A stretch of 64,000 nt of DNA from Phoronis australis (taxonomy: Eukaryota; Animalia; Phoronida): NCBI GenBank assembly GCA_002633005.1, contig NMRA01000084.1, positions 775,267 to 839,266 of the forward strand, written 5' to 3'. Positions within the stretch are counted from its first letter, which is position 1. Every line of letters begins with the position of its first letter. Positions 61,243-64,000 of the stretch are shown here, piece by piece. The translations under genes and the position numbers were made by a program. The notes below the pieces were generated by a model. The model was given only the letters and a program-made list of their open reading frames with translations, was not told the DNA's origin and made no database searches.

Positions 61243-61970
61243 ATGCGTCATTCCGGAAGTGACGTTCGAGGCCCATATTTGTGAGTATCGTTAGTGCGAC
61301 GATTCATTGAAGACAGCGGTTGATTATATATTTTCCAACAATTGCCATAATGAATGACTGAGCTAGAACTCATTTGAATGGGATTTAATCATTGTTTGGT
61401 CTGAAATGACTGGAGGCGACCAAAATACACATGGTGAAGCTGTGCCGGTTGTTCTCCTTGGACACTGCATTGACTGTTTACAACAACTGGTGATACCATG
61501 TCGTTGTCTTGATTCACTACATGGCTGCAACTCGCAGCAGGCGGCAATTTAGCAGAGAAGGGAAATACCGATGGTATGGCGTCGTTCTTCAAAACACGTT
61601 TAGTTGAAACATTCAGAATATCTGGGTATCTTGCGCTACCCAACGGTACGAAAGGTTTGCCGAGCTAACGACAGTTTTACATTGCTTTAGCCGTGGTATG
61701 AACGGACAACGCTACATTTTCGACACGTACGGGCCAACTCCGAAGGATCTAGTCATCCACTGGAAATCGATGAAGCGGTGAGTCTATACTATTTGAGGCC
61801 TCATAATACTTGCATCCCGGTACGCAACAACTTTCAGTTAAATCAAACAATGATCTAACTTGTTACAAGCGGATGTACGCAATGACGTATTCGATATAGC
61901 GCACAGTCCGAGGTGGACAAAGGAGCGAGGAATGATTCGGGCCGCGAACGTCACTTCTGGGGTTACGCAT
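61243..61970 (-). mobile_element. Second decayed THAP (Kolobok-like) element, inside intron 2 of gene 2
   Basis: Minus strand reads SCCVPGCKYYEASNSIDSPLHRFPVDD*ILRSW (~61830-61735) and LKNDAIPSVFPF (~61594-61559). Inverted 32-bp ATGCGT..CC.GAAGTGACGTTCG.GGCCC at 61243-61274 and 61939-61970; the GAAGTGACGTT core is shared with the 51927 element. Confidence 0.65.
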
Positions 61971-62085
61971 GTATAACCATTTAGAACCTGGAAGAATTTG
62001 TTCAACTTGAAAATTTATCTGGGATTACCAGAAATTAGTAAGGAAATTTTTTCGCATGTACATGTAAAGCAATTCATTTCCACAG

Positions 62086-62328
62086 CTCTTTCCGGAATGT
62101 GTAATGCTAAAGGAAACCGTTACACCGTATCAAATCGAGACTGCACGTGCTTTCACCAACTTGACACGACCAATGGCAATGAAGGATACCACAGATGTCC
62201 AGATGGTACCATTTTCAACACAGTAAAATGTGTCTGTGATCGACCAGGAAATACAGTGTGTTATCCAGCTTCCATTGACAAATGTCCTGCGGTTGTCACG
62301 ACAACGCCAAAGATGACAACCATATCAG
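62086..62328 (+). CDS. Chitin-binding gene 2, first 8-Cys domain exon (further exons not identified)
   Basis: 243 nt, phase 1-1, tttccacAG|...TCAG|gtatga. LSGMCNAKGNRYTVSNRDCTCFHQLDTTNGNEGYHRCPDGTIFNTVKCVCDRPGNTVCYPASIDKCPAVVTTTPKMTTIS; Cys spacing identical to gene 1. Confidence 0.85.
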
Positions 62329-64000
62329 GTATGAAATCGGCAACAGTAACATTGCACGTGAACTGATGCGTGCTTTTGTCGATATCACTACCATTTAAAT
62401 ATTTTTGAGAGAATGAAAATAAAATTTAATTAAGGCTTTTCAAAATCGTGCAGTCCGTGGCATTTCTAAACGTTTGTACTAAGACAATCAGAATGAAATA
62501 ATGTAGCTGTTACATGTTTACTCTGACATTAAAGAACAATAGCGCACACAGTGTCGTGACATTTCTATCAATTTTATTTGCAGCCGTAGGTGGTACTAGT
62601 GTTAGTGTTAATAAGGGTGCTATGGTAATACCAATTATGTCCGCTAAGAATTTATGTTAGTGCGCTTTCGGTGTCATATTGATGTTCTTATAGTGCTGAA
62701 ATCTGAAATGGTTATGGTTGGGCTTTACGACTTAATGAATCACGAAGCTTTCATTATCACGCGCTCGAGCATGTTCTAGAAATCGGGTTTGCAAAGGTGA
62801 AGGCTGGATGTGCACCATTTGTTTTTGGGTGGCATTTAAATGTCGATGGAGTATGTTAGAAAAGCTATGTCTGTAGAAGTTACCTTTGTGTCGCTACAGT
62901 TAATTGAATAGTGTCGCTGGAACCGTTATTCTTGCAAACCTCCACGACACGTGTTTTTGTGAAAACACCGTGGTTAATCTCCATTGTCAGGGCCACCACG
63001 CAAAACAGAAAAATTATTCAAACTGTAATGTTTTCGCTGTCCAATCAGAAACCTGTGCTCGGAAAATCGAGGGTGACCAGGTCTATAGTTGGCCTCGATA
63101 ATCAGCGATGCCTGAGACTAATAAAAGCATTATCATCATTACGTGGTGCCTGTGGTAAGCTACCGGAGATATACCGGGACTATAACAAAAAATTTTATTG
63201 AAAATTATCTATGCTTCTGCCTCTCATATTGTACCGATTTTTTTACCCGAATTCAGTGTTTTAGGTTGTGTCCTGGCCTGTCCTAATACAAGCTATAAAT
63301 TGTTATGGAGTAAAGGTCAATGCATAGGAATGAAATATAACTCCACATGGAAAACCTGTTCTCATATAATGAGGTTTGTTGCCCAAGCAAATACACAAAC
63401 GATTTGATTGCTCACATTTTGATCCCCGTTGACTTTTCCCTGAAGCTGCCTGAGGTCAGATTTACTTTTAATCTTTATTCACAATAGCATTAAAACCCGA
63501 CGTCGAACTCTTGCTTGTCAATTTAAAACATTCTAACGTTCAACATTGTGGATGCCGTCGTTTCCAACAAATTTCGCGTGGAGTTCTTGACAAGATTAAA
63601 CAATCTCGAAACCCCTTGCACGGTAAATGTCCCATTTCTACCAGCCATTATCGTTGATTGTTCCGTGTTCTTCTCCTGTACCTTTATGCTCTCATCCTAC
63701 TGTTCCTCGAGCCTGATGACACCCGTTTATATGTTCATTCACCAATATGCTAACTAGGTGTCCCCAGTACCCGATGTTCCCCAAGCCTGATAATCCCTTC
63801 ATCCGTTAATTCAGTTTTTGTGCAACATCTTGGTATGAATCATTTAAATAAGTCTATGAGCGATAAAAGCGACACTTTACAAGACAGTTGGAAATGAGTG
63901 GAAATCTATCGTCTATTAAAAAGGGGGCGAATGCAAATTTGAACTGGGTTTTGACCGGGGAAGGAGTTTTTTTTTCTGAGAACACAAAGGGGCATGTTCT

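Noticed and set aside
62584-63101. Next exons of chitin-binding gene 2 (acceptor-like sites at 62584 and 62900; Cys-containing ORF 62904-63101)
   Set aside because: No 8-Cys pattern. The 62900 acceptor hits a stop at once in phase 1, and the 62584 frame gives only a short featureless peptide.

Overview
Animal (invertebrate) nuclear DNA with spliceosomal GT-AG genes; no prokaryotic, rRNA or CRISPR features. (1) 2.0-18.7 kb, + strand: ten diverged, paralogous three-zinc-finger coding segments. Each is preceded by a polypyrimidine/YAG acceptor in the same phase (phase 1), ends in its own stop codon and usually lacks a usable start codon. This is the layout of alternative terminal exons spliced to shared 5' exon(s) outside the window (lola/mod(mdg4)/broad-like logic), and it is the main candidate novel system. 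The fingers form an unusual cassette: finger 1 with an invariant Trp and a C2HC or C2H2 end, a C2H2 finger 2, a 7-residue [MIV]Dxx[FLYN]SP linker, and a C2HC finger 3. (2) 35.8-44.5 kb, + strand: a complete secreted-protein gene of about 970 aa (signal-peptide exon plus 12 one-exon-per-domain 8-Cys variants of the chitin-binding type-2/CBM14 domain, in A-B pairs amplified by recent ~1.1/2.2-kb tandem duplication). (3) 58.5 kb onward: the 5' part of a paralogue with the same promoter, leader-exon and signal-exon layout. (4) Intergenic and intronic DNA carries relics of an AcademX-type element, two THAP (Kolobok-like) elements, hAT-like MITEs, LINE 3' ends and an inverted Penelope-like terminal repeat with a hammerhead-like motif. 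All calls come from reading the sequence by eye; no searches or transcript data were available.
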